Below, piece by piece: positions 30,004-38,999 of a DNA stretch of 64,000 bases (position 1 is the first letter of the stretch; each line of letters opens with the position of its first letter). The stretch comes from Candidatus Latescibacterota bacterium (lineage in GTDB: Bacteria > Latescibacterota > UBA2968): NCBI GenBank assembly GCA_965222605.1, contig OZ244960.1, positions 3,904,001 through 3,968,000 of the forward strand. The letters are read 5' to 3'. Position numbers and translations under genes: made by a program. Under the pieces are notes generated by a model. The model was not told where the DNA came from and made no database searches. It saw only the letters and a list, made by a program, of their open reading frames with translations.

Positions 30004-30276
30004 ATGAACAAACCAAGAGTGTTCGCAGACTTTCACAACGCAGATGCAAAAGGCAGGTTGCGTTTGAACTGCGTTGGCACTGTGGAAGACCTCGCATGCC
30101 AGAAAATTTCTCTGACAGAAGGGCAATCGCTGATCCTTTACAGCGAAGATTTAGAAGTTGATGGTGTGGTTAGATTCTCCCAAAAAGAAAATCTGTGGGT
30201 TGCTGTGATTGATTGGGATGCCATTCGAGAGGTTGCCCCTGTAGTGTCTCAAACAGAACATCACAGCCCGGTTTGA
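30004..30276 (+). CDS. Hypothetical protein, putative cognate immunity/antitoxin
   Basis: Starts 2 nt after the preceding stop; VFADFHNAD..GRLRLNCVGT...WVAVIDW. Confidence 0.55.
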   Translation: MNKPRVFADFHNADAKGRLRLNCVGTVEDLACQKISLTEGQSLILYSEDLEVDGVVRFSQKENLWVAVIDWDAIREVAPVVSQTEHHSPV

Positions 30277-30312
30277 CAGCCAGCAAACCGTTCAATCGGA
30301 TCTTATTTTTTT

Positions 30313-30350
30313 AAGCCCAACGGCCTCTTCCAAACCGTTGGGCTTTTTCT
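30313..30350 (+). terminator. Intrinsic terminator
   Basis: AAGCCCAACGG...CCGTTGGGCTT plus TTTCT. Confidence 0.75.
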
Positions 30351-30484
30351 ATTGGGGCCTCACTGATGGCTTCAGTAGATTTGTCTCCGAGCATGAGAAC
30401 AGAGAACCACAAGCAAAATCGGTCTTGATAAATTTCGATTCTCAATGTATTCTCATTGAGGATGCGACAAGGGCTGACTACTGC

Positions 30485-30559
30485 GGACGGCACAGGGACC
30501 GTCCCCTACGATGATATTGTTAATCCGGTGTTTGTAGGGGCGACCCCCTGTGGTCGCCC
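30485..30559. repeat. Pair of divergently oriented GTAG REPs at the right edge of the defence island
   Basis: Minus-strand GTAGGGGACGGTCCCTGTGCCGTCC (30485-30509) and plus-strand GTAGGGGCGACCCCCTGTGGTCGCCC (30534-30559). Confidence 0.85.
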
Positions 30560-30595
30560 GCTGACTACAAAAGGAGACACAAAAAAGGGACACAT

Positions 30596-31342
30596 ATGAA
30601 AAAAATTCTCATTACAGGCATGAGCGGGCTTATTGGCGGGGCTGTTCACAAGCAGCTTGAGGGCAAGTATGAACTTCGCGCGCTCAATCGCCGCGATGTG
30701 GCTGGCGTGGATTGTCGGCGTGCTGATATTTCGGATTTTGACGCGATTTATCCGGCGTTTGAGGGGATTGATACGGTTGTTCATCTGGCTGCTGCGATCA
30801 AAAGCGATTTTGAGGGATTTGTCGCGCACAATATCGTGGGCACTTATAATGTTTTTGAAGCAGCGCTCCGCGCCGGGGTCAAGCGCGTTATTTTTGCCAG
30901 TAGCGGATCGGTGACAGCGGGTTGGGAGAACGATTCGCCGTATGATGCGATTGTGGCGGGGCGATACGATGATGTGCCCGAGTCCTGGGATAAGTTTTCC
31001 CACAAGACGCCCACGCGCCCGCGCGGTATTTACGGTTGTACAAAGGTCTGGGGCGAGGCTGTGGCACAGCATTATGCCGATAGTACGGATCTGTCTGTTA
31101 TTTGTCTCCGTATTGGTGCGGTGAATGCGGAGGATCGCCCTAACGGTACGCGTGGTTATTCTGTGTGGTGCAGTCAAAATACGATTGCTGGCATGGTCGA
31201 GTCGTGTATTGAGGTATCCGACGATCTCAGATTTGATATTTTCTATGTTGTCTCGGATAACAAATACAGCTATCGGGATATGGCGCATGCGCGCGATGTG
31301 CTCGGTTTTGAACCCGAAGGCGATGCAGAGGATTATCGCTGA
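30596..31342 (+). CDS. NAD-dependent epimerase/dehydratase (uronate dehydrogenase-like)
   Basis: ITGMSGLIG, VVHLAA, FASS, YGCTK, CLRIG. Confidence 0.85.
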   Translation: MKKILITGMSGLIGGAVHKQLEGKYELRALNRRDVAGVDCRRADISDFDAIYPAFEGIDTVVHLAAAIKSDFEGFVAHNIVGTYNVFEAALRAGVKRVIFASSGSVTAGWENDSPYDAIVAGRYDDVPESWDKFSHKTPTRPRGIYGCTKVWGEAVAQHYADSTDLSVICLRIGAVNAEDRPNGTRGYSVWCSQNTIAGMVESCIEVSDDLRFDIFYVVSDNKYSYRDMAHARDVLGFEPEGDAEDYR

Positions 31343-32016
31343 TGTACACGACTATTTTTTTTGATGGGTATGGGACGCTTTTTGATAAGGCGTTTGACGC
31401 GCTGTATGAGACGTGTCAGATTATTGTCGATGATTTGCAGATCGATATGAGCAAGGAAGCGTTTCTCGATTATTGGGACCAATACTTTTTCCCGCTGCTG
31501 AGAGAAGGCGATTTTATCCCGTTTTGGGACGCGCATATCATCGGCCTGGAGAAGACGTTTACGGATCTGAATGTACGGGCGGATCCCAAATTTTATATGC
31601 TACACCTTTTTGACGCTTTTGGCCGCGCGCCCGTGTTTTGCGATGTCAAACCCGCTCTTGATGCACTTTCCGATGTGCAAACCGGGGTTATTTCCAATGC
31701 GGACCACGGGCATCTCACATTGGCTCTGAGTAATAACGATCTGAGTTTTCCGGTTGTGATCAGTTCAGAGTCTGCGCGGTGTTATAAACCCAATTCCGAT
31801 ATTTTCTTTTCCGCGTTTGAGGCTCTCGGTGCCGATCCCGATCAGACCCTGTATGTTGGCGATTCTCAGGAGGACGATATTGTGGGTGCAAGGCGGGCTG
31901 GCATTTCCGTTGCCTGGCTCAACCGGGATGGGGCTGTGCGGAGGGACGATATTCCAGAGCCAGACTATGAGATCAGTAGTTTATCGGAGTTGTGCAATAT
32001 TCTTGGGGAGAAATGA
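31342..32016 (+). CDS. HAD-superfamily hydrolase
   Basis: FDGYGTL, ISN, YKP, VGDSQEDDIVGA. Confidence 0.9.
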   Translation: MYTTIFFDGYGTLFDKAFDALYETCQIIVDDLQIDMSKEAFLDYWDQYFFPLLREGDFIPFWDAHIIGLEKTFTDLNVRADPKFYMLHLFDAFGRAPVFCDVKPALDALSDVQTGVISNADHGHLTLALSNNDLSFPVVISSESARCYKPNSDIFFSAFEALGADPDQTLYVGDSQEDDIVGARRAGISVAWLNRDGAVRRDDIPEPDYEISSLSELCNILGEK

Positions 32017-32819
32017 TGCAACCGACTGAAATGGAGGAATATCTTTTCGATTTGCGCGGGTATATTGTGCTGAAAAATGCCGTGGATGCCGAGCATCTCG
32101 TCGAACTCAATGAGATTATCGATACGTATCACGATCTCGAACCCGATGGATGGCGGGGGTGGGTTCATCGGAGCGAGCGCGTGCGACATTTGCACAATAT
32201 TTTTGAGATGGGTGAACCTTTTGAGCGCCTGATTGACCATCCGTCGTGGATCCATCATATGAGACGTTTTGTCGGTGGGGATGATGGTCTTTTTATCGAT
32301 GAATCATTGATCGATATTCGGTCTCGGGGCGGTGCTACGCGCATTCATTCGGGTGCGCACAAAAGGCGTATCCGCACGCAGTTTCGCTTTCACAACAATC
32401 AGTTTCGCTGTGGGCAGATCAATATTTTGCTGGCGCTTAATGATATTGGGGATGGCGATGGGGCGACGATGGCGATTCCCGGTTCGCACAAGTCCAATTT
32501 GCTTCATCCCGCGTTCGAAGATCCCGAAGGTACGGGTAGTGGGCATTCGCTGGATCGCGTTGAAGCGGCTGTCCAAATTCAGCTCGATGCGGGGGATGCC
32601 ATTTTTTTTGTGGATTGTATGGCGCACGGTTCTTCAGAGCGGACGCGCCCGGGCGAGCGTCGCATTGCCATTATTCGCTATGGGCCGCACTGGGGGAATG
32701 ACCGATATGGCTATCGGCCTTCGCCCGAACTGATTGCACGTCTGACGCCCGAGCGGCGCAAAATTGTTCAGCCCTTGCCCCCCAGGATGCCGCCGGGTGT
32801 GCAGCGCGTGAGTTATTGA
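32013..32819 (+). CDS. Phytanoyl-CoA dioxygenase family protein
   Basis: YLFDLRGY, IHSG, GATMAIPGSHK, AHGS...R. Confidence 0.85.
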   Translation: MMQPTEMEEYLFDLRGYIVLKNAVDAEHLVELNEIIDTYHDLEPDGWRGWVHRSERVRHLHNIFEMGEPFERLIDHPSWIHHMRRFVGGDDGLFIDESLIDIRSRGGATRIHSGAHKRRIRTQFRFHNNQFRCGQINILLALNDIGDGDGATMAIPGSHKSNLLHPAFEDPEGTGSGHSLDRVEAAVQIQLDAGDAIFFVDCMAHGSSERTRPGERRIAIIRYGPHWGNDRYGYRPSPELIARLTPERRKIVQPLPPRMPPGVQRVSY

Positions 32820-32834
32820 GGAGTTACTTGTGTT

Positions 32835-34022
32835 ATGGAAAATGGACATGCCCCTCTCGCCCGTTTTACAGTGCTCGATTTGACCCGCGTTCGTGCGGGT
32901 CCTACTGCTGTGCGTCAGCTCGCGGATTGGGGTGCGAATATTATCAAGATTGAACCGCCCGAAAATATCGACGCGGCCAAGACCATGGGAGGACCGCGTC
33001 ACGGGCCGGATTTTCAAAATTTGCACAGGAACAAACGCGGGATGACCTTAAATCTCAAAGCCGATGCGGGACACGAGGCGTTTTTCCGCATGGTCAAGCG
33101 CGCGGATGTGGTTGTGGAGAATTTTCGGCCCGATGTCAAAGATCGCCTCGATATCGGGTATGAGAGGTGCAAGGGAGAAAATCCGCGCATTGTGTACGCG
33201 AGTATTTCGGGTTTTGGGCAGGAGGGACCGTACAGATTGCGGCCGGGTTTTGATCAGATCGCACAGGGTATGGGGGGATTGATGTGGATTACGGGTTTGC
33301 CGGGGCAGGGGCCGGTGCGCGTTGGGGTGCCGATTGCAGATCTCGCTTCTGGGCTGTACGCTGCTCTTGGTATTCTCACTGCGTTACTTCAACGCGAAGA
33401 AACTGGGGAAGGGCAGTGGGTGCATACGTCATTGCTGGAAGCACAAATTGCGATGCTGGATTTTCAGGCGGCGCGATGGCTGATTGCGAATGAGGTGCCC
33501 GAGCAGGCGGGCAATAATCATCCCACGAGTATTCCGACGGGTGTGTTTCAAACCCGCGATGGGTATATCAATATTGCCTGTAGTGGGGAGCTTATGTGGC
33601 AGCGTCTGTGCGATGTGCTGGATGCTGGGGATTTGTACAGGGATCAGAGGTTTTCCAATGGGGAAGCGCGATTGACGAATCGGGATGTGCTAAATGAGAG
33701 TTTGCAAGAGCATTTTGCAAGGCGAGGTAGTGCCTATTGGATTGATGCGCTGAATGCCGCGGGTGTGCCGTGTGGACCGATTTATCACATGGATGAGATG
33801 TGGTCCGATCCGCAGGTTATGCACTTGAAGATGTCGCGCTCGGTCACTCACAGCGTTATGGGAGATTATGATTTGGTGAGAAATGCTACGAATTTGAGCA
33901 ATGCGCCAGATCTGCCCTACAGGGCGTCACCCGAACGGGGTGAGCATACGGATGAGATTTTGAGGGAGTTTGGGTTTTCGGAAGATGAAATTGCGACTAT
34001 GAAAGAGGAGAATATCGTTTGA
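32835..34022 (+). CDS. CaiB/BaiF family III CoA-transferase
   Basis: LDLTRVRAGP, RNKRG, DVVVENFRP, PGFD, GEHTDEIL. Confidence 0.93.
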   Translation: MENGHAPLARFTVLDLTRVRAGPTAVRQLADWGANIIKIEPPENIDAAKTMGGPRHGPDFQNLHRNKRGMTLNLKADAGHEAFFRMVKRADVVVENFRPDVKDRLDIGYERCKGENPRIVYASISGFGQEGPYRLRPGFDQIAQGMGGLMWITGLPGQGPVRVGVPIADLASGLYAALGILTALLQREETGEGQWVHTSLLEAQIAMLDFQAARWLIANEVPEQAGNNHPTSIPTGVFQTRDGYINIACSGELMWQRLCDVLDAGDLYRDQRFSNGEARLTNRDVLNESLQEHFARRGSAYWIDALNAAGVPCGPIYHMDEMWSDPQVMHLKMSRSVTHSVMGDYDLVRNATNLSNAPDLPYRASPERGEHTDEILREFGFSEDEIATMKEENIV

Positions 34023-34042
34023 TATTCTCTGTGAGGTATTCA

Positions 34043-34828
34043 ATGACAGATAAAATAATTGTTCAGAAAGATGGCGGTGTTGGACATATTCGCCTGAATC
34101 AGCCGGAGAAACACAATGCCATTTCTTATGATATGTGGCAGGGTATGGCGCGGGCTATTGACGATTTTGAATCGGACGATGCTGTTCGCGTTATTGTGCT
34201 TTCGGGCGAAGGTGGTAGGGCTTTTTCTGCGGGGGCGGATATTTCGCAGTTTGAGGAGAGACGCGGATCGGCAGATGCGGTGGAAGTTTATAACGCGACT
34301 ATGGGGCACGCTTATGAGAAGCTCGCGCAGGTGCTCAAACCGACGATTGCAAAAATTGCGGGGTATTGTCTTGGCGGGGGGCTTGCTACTGCGCTGTGTT
34401 GCGATTTGCGGATTGCGTCCGATGATTCGTCTTTTGCCATTCCCGCTGCGAAGTTGGGCCTGGGGTATGGGTACGGTGCGCTCAAACCGCTCGTGAGTCT
34501 GGTGGGACCAGCCAATGCGTGTGAGATTTTGTTCACGGCTCGTCGGTTTAATGCGTCTGAAGCATACCACATGGGTCTGATTAACCGGGTTTTGTCGCGG
34601 GATGCGCTGGACGCTTATGTGGATGATTATGCGGAGACTATTGCGGGCAATGCGCCGCTTACGATTAGAGCGAGCAAACAGATTATTGCAGAGATTGGCA
34701 AAGATGCAGATGAGCGCGACCTCGATTTGTGCCAGCGGGTTATCGATGCCTGTTTTGAGAGTGAGGATTACAAAGAGGGCCGCGCAGCATTTATGGAGAA
34801 GCGCAAGCCAGATTTTCAGGGGAGATGA
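34043..34828 (+). CDS. Enoyl-CoA hydratase/isomerase
   Basis: AFSAGADI, GYCLGGG, DLRIAS, EGRAAFMEKRKP. Confidence 0.92.
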   Translation: MTDKIIVQKDGGVGHIRLNQPEKHNAISYDMWQGMARAIDDFESDDAVRVIVLSGEGGRAFSAGADISQFEERRGSADAVEVYNATMGHAYEKLAQVLKPTIAKIAGYCLGGGLATALCCDLRIASDDSSFAIPAAKLGLGYGYGALKPLVSLVGPANACEILFTARRFNASEAYHMGLINRVLSRDALDAYVDDYAETIAGNAPLTIRASKQIIAEIGKDADERDLDLCQRVIDACFESEDYKEGRAAFMEKRKPDFQGR

Positions 34829-34830
34829 CC

Positions 34831-35736
34831 CTATCCCCAGAGTGTTTTTAGCCGCGGGATTAAAATTTCTGTGTCGCGGTCGTGGACTTCTCCTTGCCAC
34901 ATCTGATTTGTTTTTACGGGTGAGCGGTCAAAGGAAGCCTGCATCAGGTCGGGCAGGTCCAGCGTGCGGAAGCGCGTTTTGAAATAGCCGTCTTCTGTGA
35001 GCCAGACTTCGCGGAAGCCCAATGGGAAACCGATCAGGCAGGCGGTGTCAACAATGAGGAAGTCGCGATATGTGCGGATGCGGTTTATGTGTCTGTGTCC
35101 GGTGAAGATGGCAATTACGGCGGGCAGGTCTTTTACGGTTTCCATGAGTTGTTCGGCGTTGTTGACAAAGCCACCCGGTTCAAAGTCGGCTTGGGCTTCG
35201 TATTGGGGGAAGACCCAGGGGTGGATGAACAGGATCAGGGCGCAACGGTCATCATAAGCTTTTGCGGCGGCTTCGCGCAAGATGCGGTCGTGCGTTTCTG
35301 TCCATGTGCCCAAACTGTCTTCAAGTGGGCTGACGGGATACACGTTGGCGAGCGCCAGGCGCAGGCGCGGCGAGGCTTCGACGATGTCCAGGGTTTCGGG
35401 GATTGGAAATTGTCTGGCAAAAGCCTCAAAACTCCCTTCCTGCGCATCGCAATCGTGATTGCCCGGGACATAGTATATGGGCGCGTGAAGGTCGTCAAAT
35501 GCGTTTTTGACTTCGTCTATGGTTTGTAAATAAATATCAAAGGGCATTTCAAATGCCCCACCTCCGCAGACCAGGTCGCCGCCGTGTACGATGAAGTTCG
35601 CTTTGCAGGCGTTGATGGCCGGTACCATTGCATGGTGTATTTCATGGCTGCGCGTTAGCATTTTGGGCGCGCCGAAGTCGTCTGTGGCAGCGGCGTGGTG
35701 ATGGCTGTCTGTGACAAATACGAAGTGTGAAGGCAT
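34831..35736 (-). CDS. Calcineurin-like metallophosphoesterase
   Basis: DSH, GGDL, GNHD, GHRH motifs. Confidence 0.88.
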   Translation of the reverse strand: MPSHFVFVTDSHHHAAATDDFGAPKMLTRSHEIHHAMVPAINACKANFIVHGGDLVCGGGAFEMPFDIYLQTIDEVKNAFDDLHAPIYYVPGNHDCDAQEGSFEAFARQFPIPETLDIVEASPRLRLALANVYPVSPLEDSLGTWTETHDRILREAAAKAYDDRCALILFIHPWVFPQYEAQADFEPGGFVNNAEQLMETVKDLPAVIAIFTGHRHINRIRTYRDFLIVDTACLIGFPLGFREVWLTEDGYFKTRFRTLDLPDLMQASFDRSPVKTNQMWQGEVHDRDTEILIPRLKTLWG

Positions 35737-36018
35737 GTGGTCTCCTTGGTTCAGGGTTGTTGGGTAATAGTTGTAATTGTACCGCCGCTCGGTTTTTCGC
35801 CTGTATCAATCGAAATGAATCCATCCAGACGCAGTATTGCCAGATCAATGCTGCTTTTCTTGTGTACAACATTTTGTAGATTTGGGCTTCTTCATCCCAC
35901 AAGACGGAATCGTAATGCTATCTCCTTATTTTAATATTGTGAGATGGCGAAGTATAGAGCTTTTTTTATTGGTTGATAGGGGCCGAGTCGCCTGTAATAT
36001 CAAATACAAGGGGTATCC

Positions 36019-38034
36019 ATGGCAAATAGTTCGAGTGCTCGTGCGGATTTTGGTGAACACATCGGTTTTATCTGGTCTATTGCGGAGCTTCTGCGAGGCA
36101 ATTACAAGCAGTCGGAATACGGAAAGGTGGTGCTGCCGTTCACGATTTTGCGACGGCTCGATTGCGTGTTGGTGCCGACGAAAGACGCTGTGCAGGCGCA
36201 GTTGGAAAATCTGCCTGAGAATATTGACGAGACAATGCGCGAGACGATGCTCAATATAGCGAGTAGAAACAATTTTCACAATACGAGTCCGTTTACCTTT
36301 GAGAAGTTGCTGGACGATCCTGATAATATCGCTGCGAATTTGAACAATATGATTAATGGTTTTTCTTTTGATGCGCGTGATATTTTTATCGACCGCTTTA
36401 ATCTGCCCGAGCAGGTTGTGCGGCTCGACCGGGATAATTTGCTCTATCTGATTGTCAGCCGCTTTGCACAGGCGGATTTGCATCCAGATCGCGTTTCCAA
36501 TCTGCAAATGGGATATATTTTTGAAGAACTCATCCGCAGGTTTTCCGAGCAGAGCAATGAGACGGCTGGCGAACATTTTACGCCTCGTGAAGTTATCCGG
36601 TTGATGGTTAATCTTCTTTTTTTAGAGGATGAGGCTGCTCTTACCCAACGGGGTATTATTCGCAAGTTGTACGATCCGGCATGTGGCACAGGCGGGATGC
36701 TTTCTATTGCGGAGGAGTATCTCAGGGAACTCAATCCTGAAGCCAGTCTGATTGTGTACGGGCAGGAGTTGAATGATGAGAGTTATGCGACCTGTAAATC
36801 AGATATGATGATCAAGGGGCAAGAGGCCAAAAATATCTATCCCGGCAATAGTTTCACAGAAGATGGCCTTCCCGATGAGCAATTTGACTATATGTTGTCC
36901 AATCCGCCGTTTGGCGTTGAGTGGAAGAAGGTGAAATCCGAGGTTAAGGACGAAGCCAATCACCTCGGTTATAGAGGGCGCTTTGGCGCGGGGCTTCCGC
37001 GTGTTAGCGATGGTTCGCTGCTTTTTGTGCAGCACATGATTTCAAAGTTCAATCAGAATGGCGATTTGTCCCGTCTGGCTGTTGTGCTCAATGGTTCGCC
37101 CCTTTTTACAGGCAGTGCAGGCAGTGGGGAGAGCGAGATCCGCCGATGGATTATTGAGAATGATTATTTGGAAGCGATTATAGCCCTGCCTACGGATATG
37201 TTTTACAACACGGGTATTGCGACCTATATCTGGATTATTACAAATCAGAAGACGCCGCAGCGCAAGGATAAAGTGCAATTGATCGATGCCACAGATTTTC
37301 ACGTTGGGATGCGAAAGAGTCTGGGCAGCAAGCGCAAGCAGATTTCCGATGAACAGATCGCGGAGATTACGCAATTGTTCGGCGATTTTGAGGATGTGAA
37401 AGCATGTCCTGAAAAGGGTTTATTCAGGGACCGCGTGAAGATTTTTGACAATATTGATTTCGGGTATCAGCGCATTACCATTGAACGGCCGCTCAAGCGC
37501 AATTTTCATGTGTGTGAAGATCGCATTGAGATTCTTAAATCGGCGAGGAGCTTTACCCGTCTGCCTCAAGAACAGCAACAGCGCATTCTCGAGGTTCTGG
37601 ATAAGCTTGAGGGTGATTGCAAATACAAAAATCGCGATGAGTTCATTGGCATTCTTACGGATGCTTTTACAGAGGCGCAAGTGAATATTACAACGGCCCA
37701 GTTGAAGTTGATTTATCAATCCCTGAGTGAGTATGACGAAACCGCTGATGTTTGTACTAACCGCAAAGGTGAACCAGAACCCGATTCCGATTTGCGCGAT
37801 TATGAGAATGTGCCGTTGCGAGAGGATATCGATGCGTACTTCGTACGCGAAATCCAGCCCCATGTGCCCGATGCGTGGATTGATTACAGCAAGACCAAAG
37901 TGGGTTACGAAATTCCTTTTAACCGGTATTTCTATGTGTTCAAATCACCCCGCGAGTTGGATGAGATTGATGCGGATTTGAAAGGTGTGACGGATGGTAT
38001 TGTCGAAATGATTGGAGGGTTTTTAGATGGGTGA
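36019..38034 (+). CDS. hsdM: Type I restriction-modification methyltransferase subunit
   Basis: GEHFTPREV, DPACGTGG, NPPF, FYNTGI, GYEIPFNRYFY. Confidence 0.96.
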   Translation: MANSSSARADFGEHIGFIWSIAELLRGNYKQSEYGKVVLPFTILRRLDCVLVPTKDAVQAQLENLPENIDETMRETMLNIASRNNFHNTSPFTFEKLLDDPDNIAANLNNMINGFSFDARDIFIDRFNLPEQVVRLDRDNLLYLIVSRFAQADLHPDRVSNLQMGYIFEELIRRFSEQSNETAGEHFTPREVIRLMVNLLFLEDEAALTQRGIIRKLYDPACGTGGMLSIAEEYLRELNPEASLIVYGQELNDESYATCKSDMMIKGQEAKNIYPGNSFTEDGLPDEQFDYMLSNPPFGVEWKKVKSEVKDEANHLGYRGRFGAGLPRVSDGSLLFVQHMISKFNQNGDLSRLAVVLNGSPLFTGSAGSGESEIRRWIIENDYLEAIIALPTDMFYNTGIATYIWIITNQKTPQRKDKVQLIDATDFHVGMRKSLGSKRKQISDEQIAEITQLFGDFEDVKACPEKGLFRDRVKIFDNIDFGYQRITIERPLKRNFHVCEDRIEILKSARSFTRLPQEQQQRILEVLDKLEGDCKYKNRDEFIGILTDAFTEAQVNITTAQLKLIYQSLSEYDETADVCTNRKGEPEPDSDLRDYENVPLREDIDAYFVREIQPHVPDAWIDYSKTKVGYEIPFNRYFYVFKSPRELDEIDADLKGVTDGIVEMIGGFLDG

Positions 38035-38059
38035 TAACCTTTAGTGCAGGTTATCAATT

Positions 38060-38706
38060 GTAGGGGCGAGGCATGCCTCGCCCGCACAGGGTTGAGGATG
38101 CGGAGGCCAGAACATGCGATATGATCCCAATAAGCACCATCGCCGTTCAATCCGTTTGAAGGGATTTGATTACACGCGAGAAGCCGCGTATTTCGTGACG
38201 ATTTGCATCCAAAATGGGACATGTCTGTTCGGTGAAATTGTGAACGGACAGATGCGGCTGAACGATGCCGGACGGGTGGCGCAAATGGTGTGGAAGGCAA
38301 TTCCCACCCATTTCCCCCATGTGGAAATAGATGCCTGGGTTGTCATGCCCAATCATGTACACGGTATTATCATCATCGTAGGGGCGACGCATGCGTCGCC
38401 CCCGCGGCAATCAGGTCCGACGAAAGGTTCCCTCGGTGCAATTGTCGGTTCGTATAAATCTGCCGTGTCCAGACAGATCAACCAATTACATGGCACCCCC
38501 GGTGCTTTGGTTTGGCAACGCAATTATTATGAACATATCATCCGGAATAACACCGGCCTGAACCGTATTCGGAAATACATTGCAGACAATCCAGCACATT
38601 GGGACGAGGACATGGAAAACCCCATCCATCGCGGTAAAGGACATACACCTTGATTTACAACATAAAACCCAGGGCCAGTACCGTAGGGGCGACGCATGTG
38701 TCGCCC
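38060..38706 (+). repeat. Three GTAG REPs flanking and inside the RAYT gene
   Basis: GTAGGGGCGAGGCATGCCTCGCCC (38060-83), GTAGGGGCGACGCATGCGTCGCCCC (38378-402, in-frame), GTAGGGGCGACGCATGTGTCGCCC (38683-706). Confidence 0.88.
38114..38653 (+). mobile_element. REP-associated tyrosine (Y1/HUH) transposase, RAYT
   Basis: RRSIRL..DY...YFVTIC, VMPNHVHG (HUH), WQRNYYEHIIR, YIADNP; flanked by REPs. Confidence 0.9.
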
Positions 38707-38735
38707 GATTCGCAATGCGATAAAGGATATTCACC

Positions 38736-38973
38736 ATGATTCACAAAATAAAACCCTATCCCGCCGTTGGTTAATAACGCGATTCCTGGTCGTGTCTTTG
38801 ATAAAAAAGTGTCACCACTGGTGACACAAATCGCAGGCTGTGTTTAACCCGCCAAAAGTCTCACCGGTGGTGCGACAATTATCGGGACCGTGTTCAAGCC
38901 GCCAAAAGTCTCAGCACCGCTGAGACAATTATATCCAGAAGCCCAGGAAATGCTTAAGGATGTCTATTTGTAA
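38736..38973 (+). pseudogene. Relics: HsdS-like N-terminal stub and DUF1016/YhcG-like fragments in a ~50-bp palindromic tandem array
   Basis: AAGGA-RBS + MIHKIKPYPA then stop; fragments KVSPLVTQI, NPPKVSPVVRQL, KPPKVSAPLRQLYPEAQEMLKDVYL in shifting frames. Confidence 0.55.
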
Positions 38974-38999
38974 TACGAGTCTGCTGAGGAGAACGACAC

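Noticed and set aside
38805-38930. Possible CRISPR mini-array
   Set aside because: Repeats are not identical, the linkers resemble each other rather than being unique spacers, and no cas genes are present; reported as a palindromic relic instead
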